DNA of 45,440 nt, from NCBI GenBank assembly GCA_040373665.1, contig JBEICA010000002.1, positions 1-45,440 on the forward strand. The letters run 5' to 3'. The position numbers and the translations under genes are program-made. The stretch comes from Burkholderiales bacterium (lineage in GTDB: Bacteria; Pseudomonadota; Gammaproteobacteria; Burkholderiales; Ga0077523). A model generated the notes under the pieces. The model was given only the letters and a program-made list of their open reading frames with translations, was not told the DNA's origin and searched no databases. This document shows, piece by piece, positions 1 to 11,491 of this stretch. Position 1 is the stretch's first letter. Each line of letters starts with the position of its first letter.

Positions 1-99
1 CACCATGGCCTCATGGCCGAGGTGCACGCCGTCGAAATTGCCGATGGTGAGGGCGACGGGCGTGTCCGCACGCCCGGGAATGCCCCGGAAGAGCCGCAT
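1..99 (-). CDS. ribF: bifunctional riboflavin kinase/FAD synthetase, first 33 codons only (gene runs off the left edge)
   Basis: Reverse-strand translation from the ATG at 99 gives MRLFRGIPGRADTPVALTIGNFDGVHLGHEAMV. This is the typical RibF N-terminus with the TIGNFDGVHxGH nucleotidyltransferase motif. It lies downstream of murJ, as in many proteobacteria. Confidence 0.75.
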   Translation of the reverse strand, partial: MRLFRGIPGRADTPVALTIGNFDGVHLGHEAMV

Positions 100-185
100 C
101 TGGAAAGCTGCCGTGCCACGGGGGAAAACGCGATTTTAGCCCGGATATTCCCGCGGCAACCCGCAGCGGAGACGAACAATGCCGC

Positions 186-1721
186 TCAGGCCGCGCGCTT
201 GTGGAAGTCGCGCGGCCTGATGCCCAGCACAAACAGGGTGGCGAAGTAGGTCGCCGCGCCGGCGGAGACCACCCCGGTCAGGCGGGTCACGCGCGCCAGG
301 GTGGATGCCTCGAGCCACAATGACGCCGGACCTGCGGTCAGCCACAGCACCGCCCCCATGGCCAGGGTTGCGGTCACCAGCCGCAGAAAGAACACACCCC
401 ACCCCGGCTGCGGGCGGTAGATGGCGTGGCGGCGCAGATTCACGTAGAGCAGGCCCGCGTTCATGCAGGCGCCCAGTCCGATGGCCAGCGCGAGCCCGGC
501 GTGGCCCAGGGGCCAGACGAAGGCGAGATTCATCAGCTGGGTGGCGGCGAGGGTGAGGATGCCGATCTTCACCGGGGTACGGATGTTCTGGCGGGCGTAG
601 AAGCCCGGGGCGAGCACCTTCACCAGGATCATGCCGACCAGCCCGACGCTGTACGCGACCAGCGCGCGGCGGGTCATCTCGACGTCCTCGACACCGAAGG
701 CGCCGTGCTTGAACAGGGTCGCGATCAACGGCACCGCCAGCATGGCGAGCGCCAGCGCCGCCGGCGCCGCCAGCAGCAGGGTGAGTCGGAGGCCCCAGTC
801 GAGCAGGCGCGAGTACTCCTCCGGAGCCCCCGAGGCGTGGCTGCGCGACAGGCTGGGGAGCAGGATGGTGCCGAGCGCAGCCCCCAGAACGCCGGCCGGA
901 AATTCCATGAGGCGGTCTGCGTAATACAGCCAGGAGACGGAACCGGTGCGAAGAAACGAGGCGAACACCCCATTGATGAGCAGGGAGATCTGGCTGATCG
1001 AAACCCCGAAGATGGCCGGACCCATGAGGCGCAGGATGCGACGCACTCCCTCGTCCCGCCAGCTCGGGCGCCACCTGGGCAGCATGCCGATGCGCGCCAG
1101 GAAGGGAAGCTGGAAGGCCAACTGGAGGACGCCGCCCACGAACACGGCCCAGGCCAGCGCCAGGACCGGCGGGTCGAAGTAGGGCGCGAGAAACAGCGAG
1201 AACACGATGAAGGAGACGTTGAGCAGCGTCGGCGTGAAAGCCGGCACCGAAAACCGGCTCCAGGTGTTGAGCACCGCTCCCGCCAGCGAGGAAAGCGAAA
1301 TGAACAGGATGTAGGGAAAGGTCACCCGCAGCAGGCTCACGGTGACGCCGAGCTTGTCCGGCTGGGCGGAAAAGCCGGGGGCGGTGACGTAGACGACCAC
1401 CGGCGCAGCCATGATCCCCGCGATGGTCACGAGCAGCAGGGCCAGCGCCAGACAGGTGGCAACGTGATCGACCAGGTCGCGGGTGGCCGCCTCGCCGCGC
1501 TGGCTGCGGTACTCGGCCAGCACGGGTACGAAGGCCTGGGAAAATGCCCCCTCCGCAAAGATGCGTCGCAGCAGGTTGGGCAGCTTGAAGGCGACGAAGA
1601 AGGCGTCGGTCGCGAGGCCGGCACCGAACGCCCGGGCAATGACGGCATCGCGGACAAAGCCGAGAATCCGCGACAGCAGGGTCATGCTGCTGACCGTGGC
1701 CAGCGCCTTGAGAAGATTCAC
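186..1721 (-). CDS. murJ: lipid II flippase MurJ (MviN)
   Basis: ORF 186..1799 contains [35 protein letters not shown]...[30 protein letters not shown], which is collinear with the MurJ N-terminus. The protein is multi-TM throughout. GTG at 1721 aligns with the usual MNLLK start, so the 26 upstream Arg/Pro-rich codons are probably not translated. Confidence 0.9.
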   Translation of the reverse strand: MNLLKALATVSSMTLLSRILGFVRDAVIARAFGAGLATDAFFVAFKLPNLLRRIFAEGAFSQAFVPVLAEYRSQRGEAATRDLVDHVATCLALALLLVTIAGIMAAPVVVYVTAPGFSAQPDKLGVTVSLLRVTFPYILFISLSSLAGAVLNTWSRFSVPAFTPTLLNVSFIVFSLFLAPYFDPPVLALAWAVFVGGVLQLAFQLPFLARIGMLPRWRPSWRDEGVRRILRLMGPAIFGVSISQISLLINGVFASFLRTGSVSWLYYADRLMEFPAGVLGAALGTILLPSLSRSHASGAPEEYSRLLDWGLRLTLLLAAPAALALAMLAVPLIATLFKHGAFGVEDVEMTRRALVAYSVGLVGMILVKVLAPGFYARQNIRTPVKIGILTLAATQLMNLAFVWPLGHAGLALAIGLGACMNAGLLYVNLRRHAIYRPQPGWGVFFLRLVTATLAMGAVLWLTAGPASLWLEASTLARVTRLTGVVSAGAATYFATLFVLGIRPRDFHKRAA

Positions 1722-1850
1722 GTGAGGATGTGCGGGGGACGTGACCGCCGCAACTGCCCGCCACCGGCGGACCGGGGCTTGCCTTGCGCGAGGCGGCAAA
1801 GGCCGCTAGTATCGCGCACTTTTCCTGAATTTCCCAAGGACAGCACTCCC

Positions 1851-2114
1851 ATGGCCAATTCGGCACAAGCCCGCAAACGCGCCCGTCAGTCCGAGAAGCG
1901 GCGTCAGCACAACGCCAGCCTCCGCTCGGAGATGCGCACCGCCATCAAGAGCGTCCGCAAGGCGATCCTCGCCGGTGACAAGGCTGCGGCCCAGGCGGTT
2001 TTCCAGGCCGCACAGGGCACGATCGAGTCCATCACCCGCAAGGGTCTGTTCCATGCCAACGCGGCGTCCCGCTACAAGAGCAGGCTGTCGAGCGCAGTCA
2101 AGGCGATGGCCTGA
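1851..2114 (+). CDS. rpsT: 30S ribosomal protein S20
   Basis: [35 protein letters not shown]... (87 aa) is a typical S20. It is divergent from murJ and followed by an intrinsic terminator. The 426..2114 ORF in the track is an artefactual upstream extension. Confidence 0.95.
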   Translation: MANSAQARKRARQSEKRRQHNASLRSEMRTAIKSVRKAILAGDKAAAQAVFQAAQGTIESITRKGLFHANAASRYKSRLSSAVKAMA

Positions 2115-2135
2115 GGCGACGCCCGACCCGCAGCA

Positions 2136-2173
2136 CGCCGCCGAGGAGGTGATCCCGGCGGCGTTTTGTTTTT
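2136..2173 (+). terminator. rho-independent terminator of rpsT
   Basis: Perfect 8-bp GC stem CGCCGCCG (2136-2143) / CGGCGGCG (2156-2163) with a 12-nt loop. It is followed immediately by TTTTGTTTTT (2164-2173), 22 nt after the rpsT stop. Confidence 0.75.
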
Positions 2174-2445
2174 GCCGGCGGAGCGGGCATCTCGCGGCGA
2201 CTGACGGCCGGCACCGCCGGCCACGGGTCGTGGCAGCCGGATGGTCGCGCCGGCCCACCACGACCGTGGCCTCGATCGGTTGTCTGCTTGCCGTGCAGGC
2301 GGACAGCCGCTCCCGACACACGAACGCCACGGGCACTGGCGCGTCCGGGGCGGCCAGGCTGTCAGGCCAGGCGGCCCACCGCGATCCACAACCCGTCCCG
2401 GTCGCGAGCTGATCGCGCGGGCGCAGCGTGCAGGCATCCGGAATC

Positions 2446-3363
2446 ATGGAAACCCCAAAGCACTATCTGCAGTTCAAGGATCTGGACCGCGACACCATTC
2501 TTCACCTGTTCGACAGGACGCGGTGGATCAAGGAGCGCTTCGAGCGCTACGAGCGCTACTGGCCGCTGCAGGATCGCACCCTGGTGATGATCTTCGAGAA
2601 GGCATCGACCCGCACCCGGCTGTCGTTCGAGGCCGGCATGCACCAGCTGGGCGGTACCGCCATCTACCTGAACACCCGCGACACCCAGCTCGGCAGGGGC
2701 GAACCGGTCGAGGATGCGGCGCAGGTGATCTCGCGCATGTGCGATGCAGTGATGATCCGCACCTTCGAGCAGGAGATCATCGAGCGCTTCGCGCGCAACT
2801 CCCGCGTGCCCGTGATCAACGGGCTGACCAACGAATACCACCCCTGCCAGATCCTGGCCGACATCTTCACCTACGTCGAGCGCCGTGGATCCATCGAGGG
2901 CGCCACGGTCGCCTGGATCGGCGATTCCAACAATGTCTGCAATACGTGGCTGCAGGCGGCCGAGATCCTCGGCTTCAACGTTCACGTCTCGACCCCGCCG
3001 GGCTACGAGGTCGAGCCCGAGCGCGCGGGTCTGTATGGCACGGACCACTACGAACAGTTTGCCGACCCGATGGAAGCCGCCCGGGGCGCCGATCTGGTCA
3101 CCACCGATGTCTGGACCAGCATGGGCTTCGAGGCCGAGAACGAGGCCCGACGCCGGGCCTTCCAGGACTGGCAGGTGGACCCCGAGATGATGCGGGTGGC
3201 GGCGCCTGGCGCGCTGTTCATGCACTGCCTGCCGGCGCACCGCGGCGAGGAGGTCAGCGCCGAGGTGATCGACGGTCCGCAGAGCGTGGTCTGGGAGGAG
3301 GCGGCGAACCGCATGCACACCCAGAAGGCATTGCTGGAATATCTGCTCGTCGGACGTGTCTGA
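2446..3363 (+). CDS. argF: ornithine carbamoyltransferase
   Basis: Carries the STRTR carbamoyl-phosphate motif (FEKASTRTRLSFE), HPCQILAD and the HCLPAHRGEE motif. ATG at 2446 (METPKHYLQFKDL) is preferred. GTG at 2428 is an alternative start. Confidence 0.92.
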   Translation: METPKHYLQFKDLDRDTILHLFDRTRWIKERFERYERYWPLQDRTLVMIFEKASTRTRLSFEAGMHQLGGTAIYLNTRDTQLGRGEPVEDAAQVISRMCDAVMIRTFEQEIIERFARNSRVPVINGLTNEYHPCQILADIFTYVERRGSIEGATVAWIGDSNNVCNTWLQAAEILGFNVHVSTPPGYEVEPERAGLYGTDHYEQFADPMEAARGADLVTTDVWTSMGFEAENEARRRAFQDWQVDPEMMRVAAPGALFMHCLPAHRGEEVSAEVIDGPQSVVWEEAANRMHTQKALLEYLLVGRV

Positions 3364-3433
3364 TGTCAGGGTCTGCGGGCCGGGCGCCTGCCCTGCCGCT
3401 GCCGGCCTGTCCCGAAACCAAGGAGATGCACCC

Positions 3434-3940
3434 ATGAAAGCTTTCCGCCTGATGCACCTGTTCGCCGCCGCCTTGCTGCTGATTTCCACCGCTGTCACCG
3501 CCGACGACGAACGCGTGCGCTACATCGTCGACCAGAACGGTTGCCGCATCGTGAACCCCTCCCCGAGGCCCGAGGAGACCGTCACCTGGAGCGGTGGCTG
3601 CAGGGAGGGCGTGGCTGAAGGCAAGGGGGTGCTCCAGTTCTTCCAGTCCGGCATCGCAGACGAGAAGTACGAAGGCGAGATGCGCGCCGGCTACGCCGAG
3701 GGAGACGGCGTCCAGACCATGGTGGATGGAGGCCGCTACGAAGGCCAGTTCTCCAAGAGCCGCCAGCACGGCGAAGGCACCTTCTACGCCCCGGATGGCA
3801 GCATCTTCAAGGGCGAGTGGAAGAACGGCAAACCGCACGGCAACGGTACCTTCCGCACACCGGAAGGCCGCGTGACCCGGGGCACCTGGGTCGACGGCGT
3901 GTTCCAGCCTGAAGAACCGGCCGACCCCAACCGCACCTGA
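3434..3940 (+). CDS. exported MORN-repeat protein
   Basis: AAGGAG lies 7 nt upstream of the ATG. The N-terminal signal peptide is [23 protein letters not shown]. Tandem YEGxxxxGxxxGxG repeats follow ([42 protein letters not shown]). Confidence 0.8.
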   Translation: MKAFRLMHLFAAALLLISTAVTADDERVRYIVDQNGCRIVNPSPRPEETVTWSGGCREGVAEGKGVLQFFQSGIADEKYEGEMRAGYAEGDGVQTMVDGGRYEGQFSKSRQHGEGTFYAPDGSIFKGEWKNGKPHGNGTFRTPEGRVTRGTWVDGVFQPEEPADPNRT

Positions 3941-3971
3941 CCCGCATCAACAACATCACGACCAAGCGAAC

Positions 3972-5213
<1,242 letters not shown>

Positions 5214-5223
5214 GGACCACGCC

Positions 5224-5535
5224 ATGGACAGATTCGACAACGTCTCGGTCATCAAGAAGGCCAATGTCTACTTCGACGGCAAGTGCATCAGTCACACCGT
5301 GGTGCTGGCCGACGGCACACGCAAGTCTGTCGGGGTGATCCTCCCGAGCCGGCTGACCTTCAACACCGGCGCGCCCGAGGTGATGGAACTCAATGCCGGA
5401 CGCTGCCGGGTGAAGCTGCCCGGCGCCGCCGACTGGGTCACCTACGAGGGCGGTCAGAGCTTCAATGTGCCCGGCAACGCCTCGTTCGAGATCGAAACCC
5501 TCGAAACCCTGGACTATGTCTGTCACTTCGGCTGA
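5224..5535 (+). CDS. ppnP: pyrimidine/purine nucleoside phosphorylase PpnP (DUF1255, YaiE family)
   Basis: 103 aa. [26 protein letters not shown]...[12 protein letters not shown]......G is typical of the cupin-fold PpnP family. Confidence 0.82.
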   Translation: MDRFDNVSVIKKANVYFDGKCISHTVVLADGTRKSVGVILPSRLTFNTGAPEVMELNAGRCRVKLPGAADWVTYEGGQSFNVPGNASFEIETLETLDYVCHFG

Positions 5536-5568
5536 GCGGACACCCGCAGCCCCGTGGGCACCGCGGCC

Positions 5569-6150
5569 ATGACGACAGTGGCCGTGGTGCGCAAGAATGG
5601 CGTGGCGGCGATCGCCGCCGACACCCTCACCAAGTGGGGGCCGGTCAAGGAATCGGCCACCTACGTGGTGAACCACGAGAAGATCCTGCATGTCGCCGGC
5701 AGCTACCTCGCGATCACCGGCAACGCCACGTTCAAGCACATCCTCGCCGACTACTTCGACAGCCTCGAAGACCCCCCCGAGCTCGGTTCGGTGAGCGCGA
5801 TCTTCCGTACCTGGAACCGAATGCACGCCGACCTCAAGGAGCGCTACTTCCTGCAGGCCGAAGAGGACAAGGAAGAGGCGGTGGAATCCACCCGCATCGA
5901 CGCCCTGATCGCCAACGCGCATGGCATCTTCGGCGTCTCCGGGCAGCGGACGGTGCAGGAGTTCTCGCGCTTCTACGCTTACGGCAGCGGCAGCGACTAT
6001 GCCCTGGGCGCCCTGTACTCGGTCTACGACCGACCGGAACTGGAGGCCGATTCCATCGCCCGCCACGCGGTACGCGCAGCGGCGGAGTTCGACGACGGCA
6101 CCGGCGAGCCGATCCAGTGTTTCACCATCCCTCTGGTGGCGCGCGCCTGA
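5569..6150 (+). CDS. stand-alone proteasome-beta/HslV-like Ntn hydrolase (BPH-like)
   Basis: From the ATG at 5569 the protein begins MTTVAVVRKNGVAAIAADT, compared with E. coli HslV MTTIVSVRRNGHVVIAGDG. Thr2 would be the N-terminal nucleophile. A later YGSGSDYALGA matches the HslV/beta-subunit GSG segment. The track start at 5554 is a GTG five codons upstream. Confidence 0.6.
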   Translation: MTTVAVVRKNGVAAIAADTLTKWGPVKESATYVVNHEKILHVAGSYLAITGNATFKHILADYFDSLEDPPELGSVSAIFRTWNRMHADLKERYFLQAEEDKEEAVESTRIDALIANAHGIFGVSGQRTVQEFSRFYAYGSGSDYALGALYSVYDRPELEADSIARHAVRAAAEFDDGTGEPIQCFTIPLVARA

Positions 6151-6198
6151 TCCGATCGGCCGCCCCGTCCTTCAACCTCCCGACCGAGGAGACGCGAC

Positions 6199-6684
6199 AT
6201 GCCTTCCTTCGACATCGTTTCGGAAGTGGACCAGGTCGAGGTCCGGAATGCGGTGGACCAGGCCAACAAGGAAATCGGCAACCGCTTCGATTTCAAGGGC
6301 TCGGACGCCCGCGTCGAGCAGTCCGACACCGCCCTCACCGCCTTCGCCGATGACGACTTCAAGCTCGAGCAGGTCAGGGACGTGCTCACCACCCGTCTGG
6401 CCAAGCGCGGCGTGGATATCCGCTGCCTCGATCTCGGCGCGGTCGAGAAGATCAGCGGCAACAAGGTGAAGCAGCTCATCACCGTCAAGACCGGTGTCGA
6501 GACCGAACTGGCGAAGAAGATCGTCCGACTGGTCAAGGACAGCAAGCTCAAGGTGACCGCCGCCATTCAGGGCGACAGCGTGCGGATCACCGGGGCCAAG
6601 CGCGACACCCTGCAGGAGACCATCACCCTGGTGAAGAAGTCCATCACGGACTTCCCGCTGCAGTTCGAGAACTTCCGCGATTGA
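6199..6684 (+). CDS. yajQ: YajQ-family nucleotide (cyclic-di-GMP)-binding protein, UPF0234
   Basis: [35 protein letters not shown]... over 161 aa is the signature YajQ N-terminus. Confidence 0.9.
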   Translation: MPSFDIVSEVDQVEVRNAVDQANKEIGNRFDFKGSDARVEQSDTALTAFADDDFKLEQVRDVLTTRLAKRGVDIRCLDLGAVEKISGNKVKQLITVKTGVETELAKKIVRLVKDSKLKVTAAIQGDSVRITGAKRDTLQETITLVKKSITDFPLQFENFRD

Positions 6685-6745
6685 GCTCGACGGGCGGGCC
6701 CGTGCGGCCCGTCGCCGCAGCCGCCGAAGCGAACTCGGGGTCGGG

Positions 6746-7219
6746 TCAATACACCGGCGGAAACAGCCGCCAGGTCTCGCGCCGGTAGTCGGCGTAATCG
6801 GCGAAACGGCGCACCAGCAGGCGTTCCTCGAGCGTCAGCTTGGCCACCAGGACGGCGGCGAGCGCCGCCAGCAGGATGAGCTGTGAAACATCGGCCCGCT
6901 CCAGCAGGGGCGGCGCCACCAGCAGCAGGATCGCCGCATACATCGGGTGACGGATCCAGCGGTAGGGGCCGTCCCGCACCAGCTGCCGATGTCCGGTGGG
7001 ATCGGGGGAGATGCGGAACAGGCGCTTCTGGGCGCTGGTCATGACCAGCATCGCCCAGACGGCAAGCAACAGCGCTGCGAGTTGCAGCAGTCGCATCGCC
7101 TGCCCGACGGCCAGAGCCGCCCCCGACAGCAGCCACACACCGAGCAGTGCGAATTGCGCCGCCACCAGCAGGCGTGCCATGGCGCTCTCACGCCCGGACA
7201 GCGCGGTCACGTCGGTCAT
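6746..7219 (-). CDS. isoprenylcysteine carboxyl / phospholipid methyltransferase-family membrane protein
   Basis: Hydrophobic multi-TM protein with GPYRWIRHPMYAAILL (the ICMT/PEMT RHPxY motif). ATG at 7219 overlaps the TGA of the upstream amidotransferase (ATGA). ATG at 7180 is an alternative start. Confidence 0.72.
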   Translation of the reverse strand: MTDVTALSGRESAMARLLVAAQFALLGVWLLSGAALAVGQAMRLLQLAALLLAVWAMLVMTSAQKRLFRISPDPTGHRQLVRDGPYRWIRHPMYAAILLLVAPPLLERADVSQLILLAALAAVLVAKLTLEERLLVRRFADYADYRRETWRLFPPVY

Positions 7220-7932
7220 CGTGCCATCCCCGCAGCGCCCTCGAGCCATCTGTCGTAGAGCCGCTCGGCCACCGCGTTCAGGGCTGCCAGCCTCAGCTCC
7301 AGATGCTCGTGCATCTGCGCCGGGCTCTGCACCGCCGGTCCGGGGCTCGCGTCGATCTCCTCCTGACCGTTGCGGCACCAGGCATCGACCATCTCGCGCG
7401 TCATCTCCACGTGGCATTGCATGCCCAGATGCTTGCCGAGGGCGAAACCCTGATTGGCGCAGTGGGCACTGCGCATGACGCGGACGGCTCCGTCAGGCAG
7501 GGAGAATGTCTCGCCGTGCCAGTGGAAGGACAGAAAGGACGCCGTTTCAGGCCCGAACCAGGCCCGTGCCACCGGATTTTCCTCAACCTCCACCCTTCCC
7601 CAGCCGATCTCCTTGACCGGATTGGCCGTGACCATGCCCCCCAGGGCCTTGGACATCAGCTGCCCGCCCAGACAGTGGCCCAGCACCGGGACGTCCGCCG
7701 CCACCGCCTGACGGATGAGTTGCAGCACTGGCGGGATCCACGGCAGGTCGTCGTTGACACTCATCGGCCCGCCCATGAACACGAGGCCGGCAAACCCGTC
7801 GGGTGCGCCGGGCACCACCGCACCGGCATCCAGGGGGATGAGTTCCCAGGAGAGGTGCCGCCGGTCCAGGACCGCCGCGAGGTGACCGGGACCTTCCGTA
7901 GGGGAGTGACGAAAGATGGCGATGGGCTTCAT
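7216..7932 (-). CDS. class I glutamine amidotransferase-like protein
   Basis: From MKPIAIFRHSPTEGPGHL. The nucleophile-elbow motif is VLGHCLGGQL, with the HVE triad remnant in QCHVEMT. The longer track ORF (to 8223) is an unsupported upstream extension. Confidence 0.8.
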   Translation of the reverse strand: MKPIAIFRHSPTEGPGHLAAVLDRRHLSWELIPLDAGAVVPGAPDGFAGLVFMGGPMSVNDDLPWIPPVLQLIRQAVAADVPVLGHCLGGQLMSKALGGMVTANPVKEIGWGRVEVEENPVARAWFGPETASFLSFHWHGETFSLPDGAVRVMRSAHCANQGFALGKHLGMQCHVEMTREMVDAWCRNGQEEIDASPGPAVQSPAQMHEHLELRLAALNAVAERLYDRWLEGAAGMAR

Positions 7933-8611
7933 GGAGACGTACCGGGGACGCCGGAGCGCCCGGCATGCCGGCGCAGTATGGCTGCTCCTGGCGTTCCTGT
8001 TAAGCGCGGCACCTGGTGGAGCCCGGGCAACCGAGGTGCAGGTCGTGGGACTTTTCAGTGACAAGGCGCTGGTGCGCATCGACGGCGGCCGTCCCACCCT
8101 CATTTCGGTCGGCCAGAGCATCGGCGCGGTCAGACTGATATCGGCCACCTCCGAGTCCGCAGTCCTGGAGGTCGACGGCAGGCGCCGCAGCCTGGGCGTT
8201 GGCTCGCAGGTGATCACGGGCAACTACGCCGCCAGCGGCAAACCGACGGTCGTCCTGAACGCCGACCTGGGCGGACACTACTACGCCGAGGGCAGCATCA
8301 ACGGCGGGCCGATCCGCTTCATGGTGGACACGGGGGCCAGCATGATCTCCATCGGCCAGTCCGACGCCAGGCGCCTCGGCATACAGTACCTGTCGGGAGA
8401 GCGCGGCATGAGCAACACTGCCAACGGCCTCGCACCGGTCTACCACGTCAAGCTGGGAGAGGTCCGCCTCGGCGCCATCACGCTCCGGAATGTCGATGGT
8501 CTGGTGCATGAAAACAACGACATGCCGTTCGCCCTTCTGGGGATGAGTTTTCTCAACCGGGTGGACATGAAGCACAGTGGCCAGCAACTGACCCTGACCC
8601 GCCGCTTCTGA
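7916..8611 (+). CDS. retropepsin-like (clan AA) aspartic protease, membrane-anchored or exported
   Basis: N-terminal hydrophobic segment AVWLLLAFLLSAAPGGARA. The catalytic motif is FMVDTGASMISI, with the family-typical C-terminal LLGMSFL. The start is uncertain (ATGs at 7916, 7922 and 7931) because the 5' end overlaps the divergent gene start at 7932. Confidence 0.78.
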   Translation: MAMGFMETYRGRRSARHAGAVWLLLAFLLSAAPGGARATEVQVVGLFSDKALVRIDGGRPTLISVGQSIGAVRLISATSESAVLEVDGRRRSLGVGSQVITGNYAASGKPTVVLNADLGGHYYAEGSINGGPIRFMVDTGASMISIGQSDARRLGIQYLSGERGMSNTANGLAPVYHVKLGEVRLGAITLRNVDGLVHENNDMPFALLGMSFLNRVDMKHSGQQLTLTRRF

Positions 8612-8645
8612 AACACCGGTGACGACGCGCCGTGCCCGGCGGGGT

Positions 8646-9458
8646 TCACCCGTCAGCGCGATCGCGCTTGTCGTGTTCGATGAGTGCGTAGGCCGAGTGG
8701 TTGTGGATGGCCTCGAAGTTCTCTGCCTCGACCACGTAGGCTTCGATGCGCGGATCCGCATTGAGCACCGTCGCCACGTCGCGTACGAGGTCCTCGACAA
8801 ACTTGGGGTTGTCGTAGGCGCGCTCGGTCACGTACTTCTCGTCCGGCCGCTTGAGCAGGCCGTACAGCTCGCTCGAGGCCTGCTCCTCGGCAACCCTGAT
8901 GAGTTCCTCGATCCAGACCAGTTCACGCGTGACGGTGCTGATGGTCACGTGGGAGCGCTGGTTGTGGGCACCGTAGTCGGAGATCTTCTTGGAGCATGGG
9001 CACAGACTGGTGACCGGAACCACGACCGACATCCGGAACTGGTAGCGCCCGCGGTCGATCTCGCCCACGAAGGTGACCTGGTAGTCCATGAGGCTGCGTA
9101 CCCCGGACACCGGCGCCGCCTTGTCGACGAAGAAGGGGAAGCTCATCTCCACGTAGCCCGACTCGGCCTCGAGACGGGTGACCATGTGCCGCAGCATCGG
9201 CTCGAAGGAATCGACCGCGATCTCGGATTCGTGCGCGTTGAGGATCTCGACGAAGCGCGACATGTGCGTACCCTTGAAGTGATGCGGCAGGTGCACGTAC
9301 ATGTTGAAGCTGGCCACGGTGTGCTGGACCCCGCCGCTGCGGTCACGCACCCGCACGGGATGGCGCAGGGACTTGATGCCCACCTTGTCGATGGCCAGGC
9401 GGCGGGTGTCCTGCAGGCCTTGAACGTCTGGAATGGGCACGGGTTCTCTGGAATTCAT
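8646..9458 (-). CDS. folE2: GTP cyclohydrolase I type 2 (FolE2 / GCYH-IB)
   Basis: [27 protein letters not shown]..., [14 protein letters not shown] and [25 protein letters not shown] are the conserved FolE2 blocks. Confidence 0.92.
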   Translation of the reverse strand: MNSREPVPIPDVQGLQDTRRLAIDKVGIKSLRHPVRVRDRSGGVQHTVASFNMYVHLPHHFKGTHMSRFVEILNAHESEIAVDSFEPMLRHMVTRLEAESGYVEMSFPFFVDKAAPVSGVRSLMDYQVTFVGEIDRGRYQFRMSVVVPVTSLCPCSKKISDYGAHNQRSHVTISTVTRELVWIEELIRVAEEQASSELYGLLKRPDEKYVTERAYDNPKFVEDLVRDVATVLNADPRIEAYVVEAENFEAIHNHSAYALIEHDKRDRADG

Positions 9459-9637
9459 GTCGTGATTATAGGTGGGCGGGACCCGGTTTCATCCGGCTGC
9501 ACGCCGTTCCGGGGGAACAGACACTCCTGTGGGACTGCGCTCGGCCGCGACTGGTTCACCGACGGCAGGCCGGGCGTTCCGCATCGCGTCCACCGCGTCC
9601 GAGAGGAAACCGCACACATCCATCGGACCGGCACCGG

Positions 9638-11491
9638 CTATCGGTGCATCCAGGCGTGCACCGAGCGCGTGATGCCGTCGGCGTCGAGGCCGCACTGACG
9701 CAGCAGCAGGCCGGGATCGCCGTGCTCGACGAATTCGTCGGGAAGTCCGAGGCGAAGCACGCGACGCTCGAGCCGCAGACGCGCCAGAGCCTCCAGCACC
9801 GCGCTGCCGGCGCCGCCGTCCAGCACGTTCTCCTCCACCGTCACGAGCAGGTCGTGCGAGGCCGCGAGTTCGGCGACCAGGGCCTCGTCGAGCGGCTTCA
9901 CGAAGCGCATGTTCGCCACGGTGGCATCGAGTCCGTCGGCAGCGGCGAGAGCGGGGGGCACCATCGAGCCGAAGGCGAGGATTGCGATGCGCTGCCCGCG
10001 GCGGCGGATCTCGCCGCGACCGATTGGCAGCGCGGTCATTTCGGCGCTTATCGGCACGCCGGGCCCGCTGCCGCGGGGATAGCGGACCGCCGTGGGGGTG
10101 TCCAGCGAGAAGGCCGTGAACAGCATCTGCCGGCACTCATCCTCGTCCGCCGGCGCCATCACCACCATGTTCGGCAGACAGCGCAGGAAGGACAGGTCGA
10201 AGGCCCCGTGGTGGGTCGGTCCGTCAGCCCCCACCAGACCGCCGCGGTCGAGCGCGAACACCACTGGCAGGTTCTGGATGCAGACGTCGTGGATGAGCTG
10301 GTCATAGCCGCGCTGCAGGAAGGTCGAGTAGATCGCGACCACGGGCTTCATGCCGTCGCATGCCAGACAGGCTGCGAAAGTGACGGCGTGCTGCTCGGCG
10401 ATGCCGACGTCGAAATAGCGGTCCCTGTGCTCCTGTGAGAAGCGGACCAGACCCGAACCCTCGCGCATGGCGGGCGTGATCGCCACCAGGCGACGATCGG
10501 CCCGCGCCATGTCGCACAGCCAGTCGCCGAATATCTGGGTGTAGGTCGGGCGCCCGCCCGACTTGCCGACGATGCCCACGGAGGGGTCGAACTTCGCCAC
10601 GCCGTGGTAGAGGATGGGATCCTCCTCGGCCTGCGGCATGCCCTTGCCCTTGCGAGTGATCACGTGGAGGAACTGCGGCCCGTCCAGCTTGCTCACGTTG
10701 CGCAGGGTGGACACCAGCACGTCGAGATCGTGGCCGTCGATGGGTCCGATGTAGTTGAACCCGAACTCCTCGAACAGCGTGCCAGGCGTGACCATGCCCT
10801 TGACGTGTTCCTCGGCGCGCCTGGCCAGCTCCCAGGCGGGAGGCACGGCCCGCAAGACACGCTCGCTGGCCTTGCGGGCCGTGTTGTAGACGCGGCCGGA
10901 AAGCAGGCGCGCCAGATAGTTGTTGAGCGCCCCGACATTCTCGGAAATCGACATGTCGTTGTCGTTCAGCACCACCAGCACGTCCTCGTCGGTGGCACCG
11001 GCGTTGTTGAGGGCCTCGAAGGCCATGCCCGCGGTCATGGCGCCGTCGCCGATCACCGCCACGGCACGTCGCCGCCGTCCGCTCAGCCGCGCCGCGACCG
11101 CCATCCCCAGGGCGGCACTGATCGAGGTGCTCGAATGGGCCGTGCCAAAGGTGTCGTAAGGGCTTTCCTCGCGCCTGGGGAAGCCGGCCAGACCGTGCAA
11201 CTGTCGCAGCGTGGACATGCGCTCGCGCCTGCCCGTCAGCACCTTGTGCGCATAAGTCTGGTGGCCCACATCCCATACGATGCGGTCGTCCGGCGTGTCG
11301 AACACGTAGTGCAGGGCAATGGTGAGTTCGACCGTGCCCAGGTTGGAGGACAGGTGCCCTCCCGTCCCCGCTACCGACTGGATGATGAACTCGCGCAGTT
11401 CGCGCGCCAGTTGCGGCAGCTGCCGCCGGTCGAGCTGGCGCAGGTCTGCAGGACTGCCAATGGTCTCGAGCAGCCGACCCGACTCGCTCAT
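9638..11491 (-). CDS. dxs: 1-deoxy-D-xylulose-5-phosphate synthase
   Basis: 617 aa. [21 protein letters not shown], the ThDP motif [16 protein letters not shown] and the transketolase-like C-terminus are present. Confidence 0.97.
   Translation of the reverse strand: MSESGRLLETIGSPADLRQLDRRQLPQLARELREFIIQSVAGTGGHLSSNLGTVELTIALHYVFDTPDDRIVWDVGHQTYAHKVLTGRRERMSTLRQLHGLAGFPRREESPYDTFGTAHSSTSISAALGMAVAARLSGRRRRAVAVIGDGAMTAGMAFEALNNAGATDEDVLVVLNDNDMSISENVGALNNYLARLLSGRVYNTARKASERVLRAVPPAWELARRAEEHVKGMVTPGTLFEEFGFNYIGPIDGHDLDVLVSTLRNVSKLDGPQFLHVITRKGKGMPQAEEDPILYHGVAKFDPSVGIVGKSGGRPTYTQIFGDWLCDMARADRRLVAITPAMREGSGLVRFSQEHRDRYFDVGIAEQHAVTFAACLACDGMKPVVAIYSTFLQRGYDQLIHDVCIQNLPVVFALDRGGLVGADGPTHHGAFDLSFLRCLPNMVVMAPADEDECRQMLFTAFSLDTPTAVRYPRGSGPGVPISAEMTALPIGRGEIRRRGQRIAILAFGSMVPPALAAADGLDATVANMRFVKPLDEALVAELAASHDLLVTVEENVLDGGAGSAVLEALARLRLERRVLRLGLPDEFVEHGDPGLLLRQCGLDADGITRSVHAWMHR

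Noticed and set aside
426-1850. Long plus-strand extension upstream of rpsT (ORF 426..2114)
   Set aside because: It is antisense to murJ. S20 is a protein of about 87 aa, and the canonical [11 protein letters not shown] start is at 1851.
2221-2270. Imperfect inverted repeat CCACGGGTCGTGG ... CCACCACGACCGTGG upstream of argF, as an ARG box or attenuator
   Set aside because: It does not resemble the AT-rich ArgR box consensus. It has a bulge and a loop of about 21 nt, and it has no associated U-tract or leader peptide. This is too weak to call.
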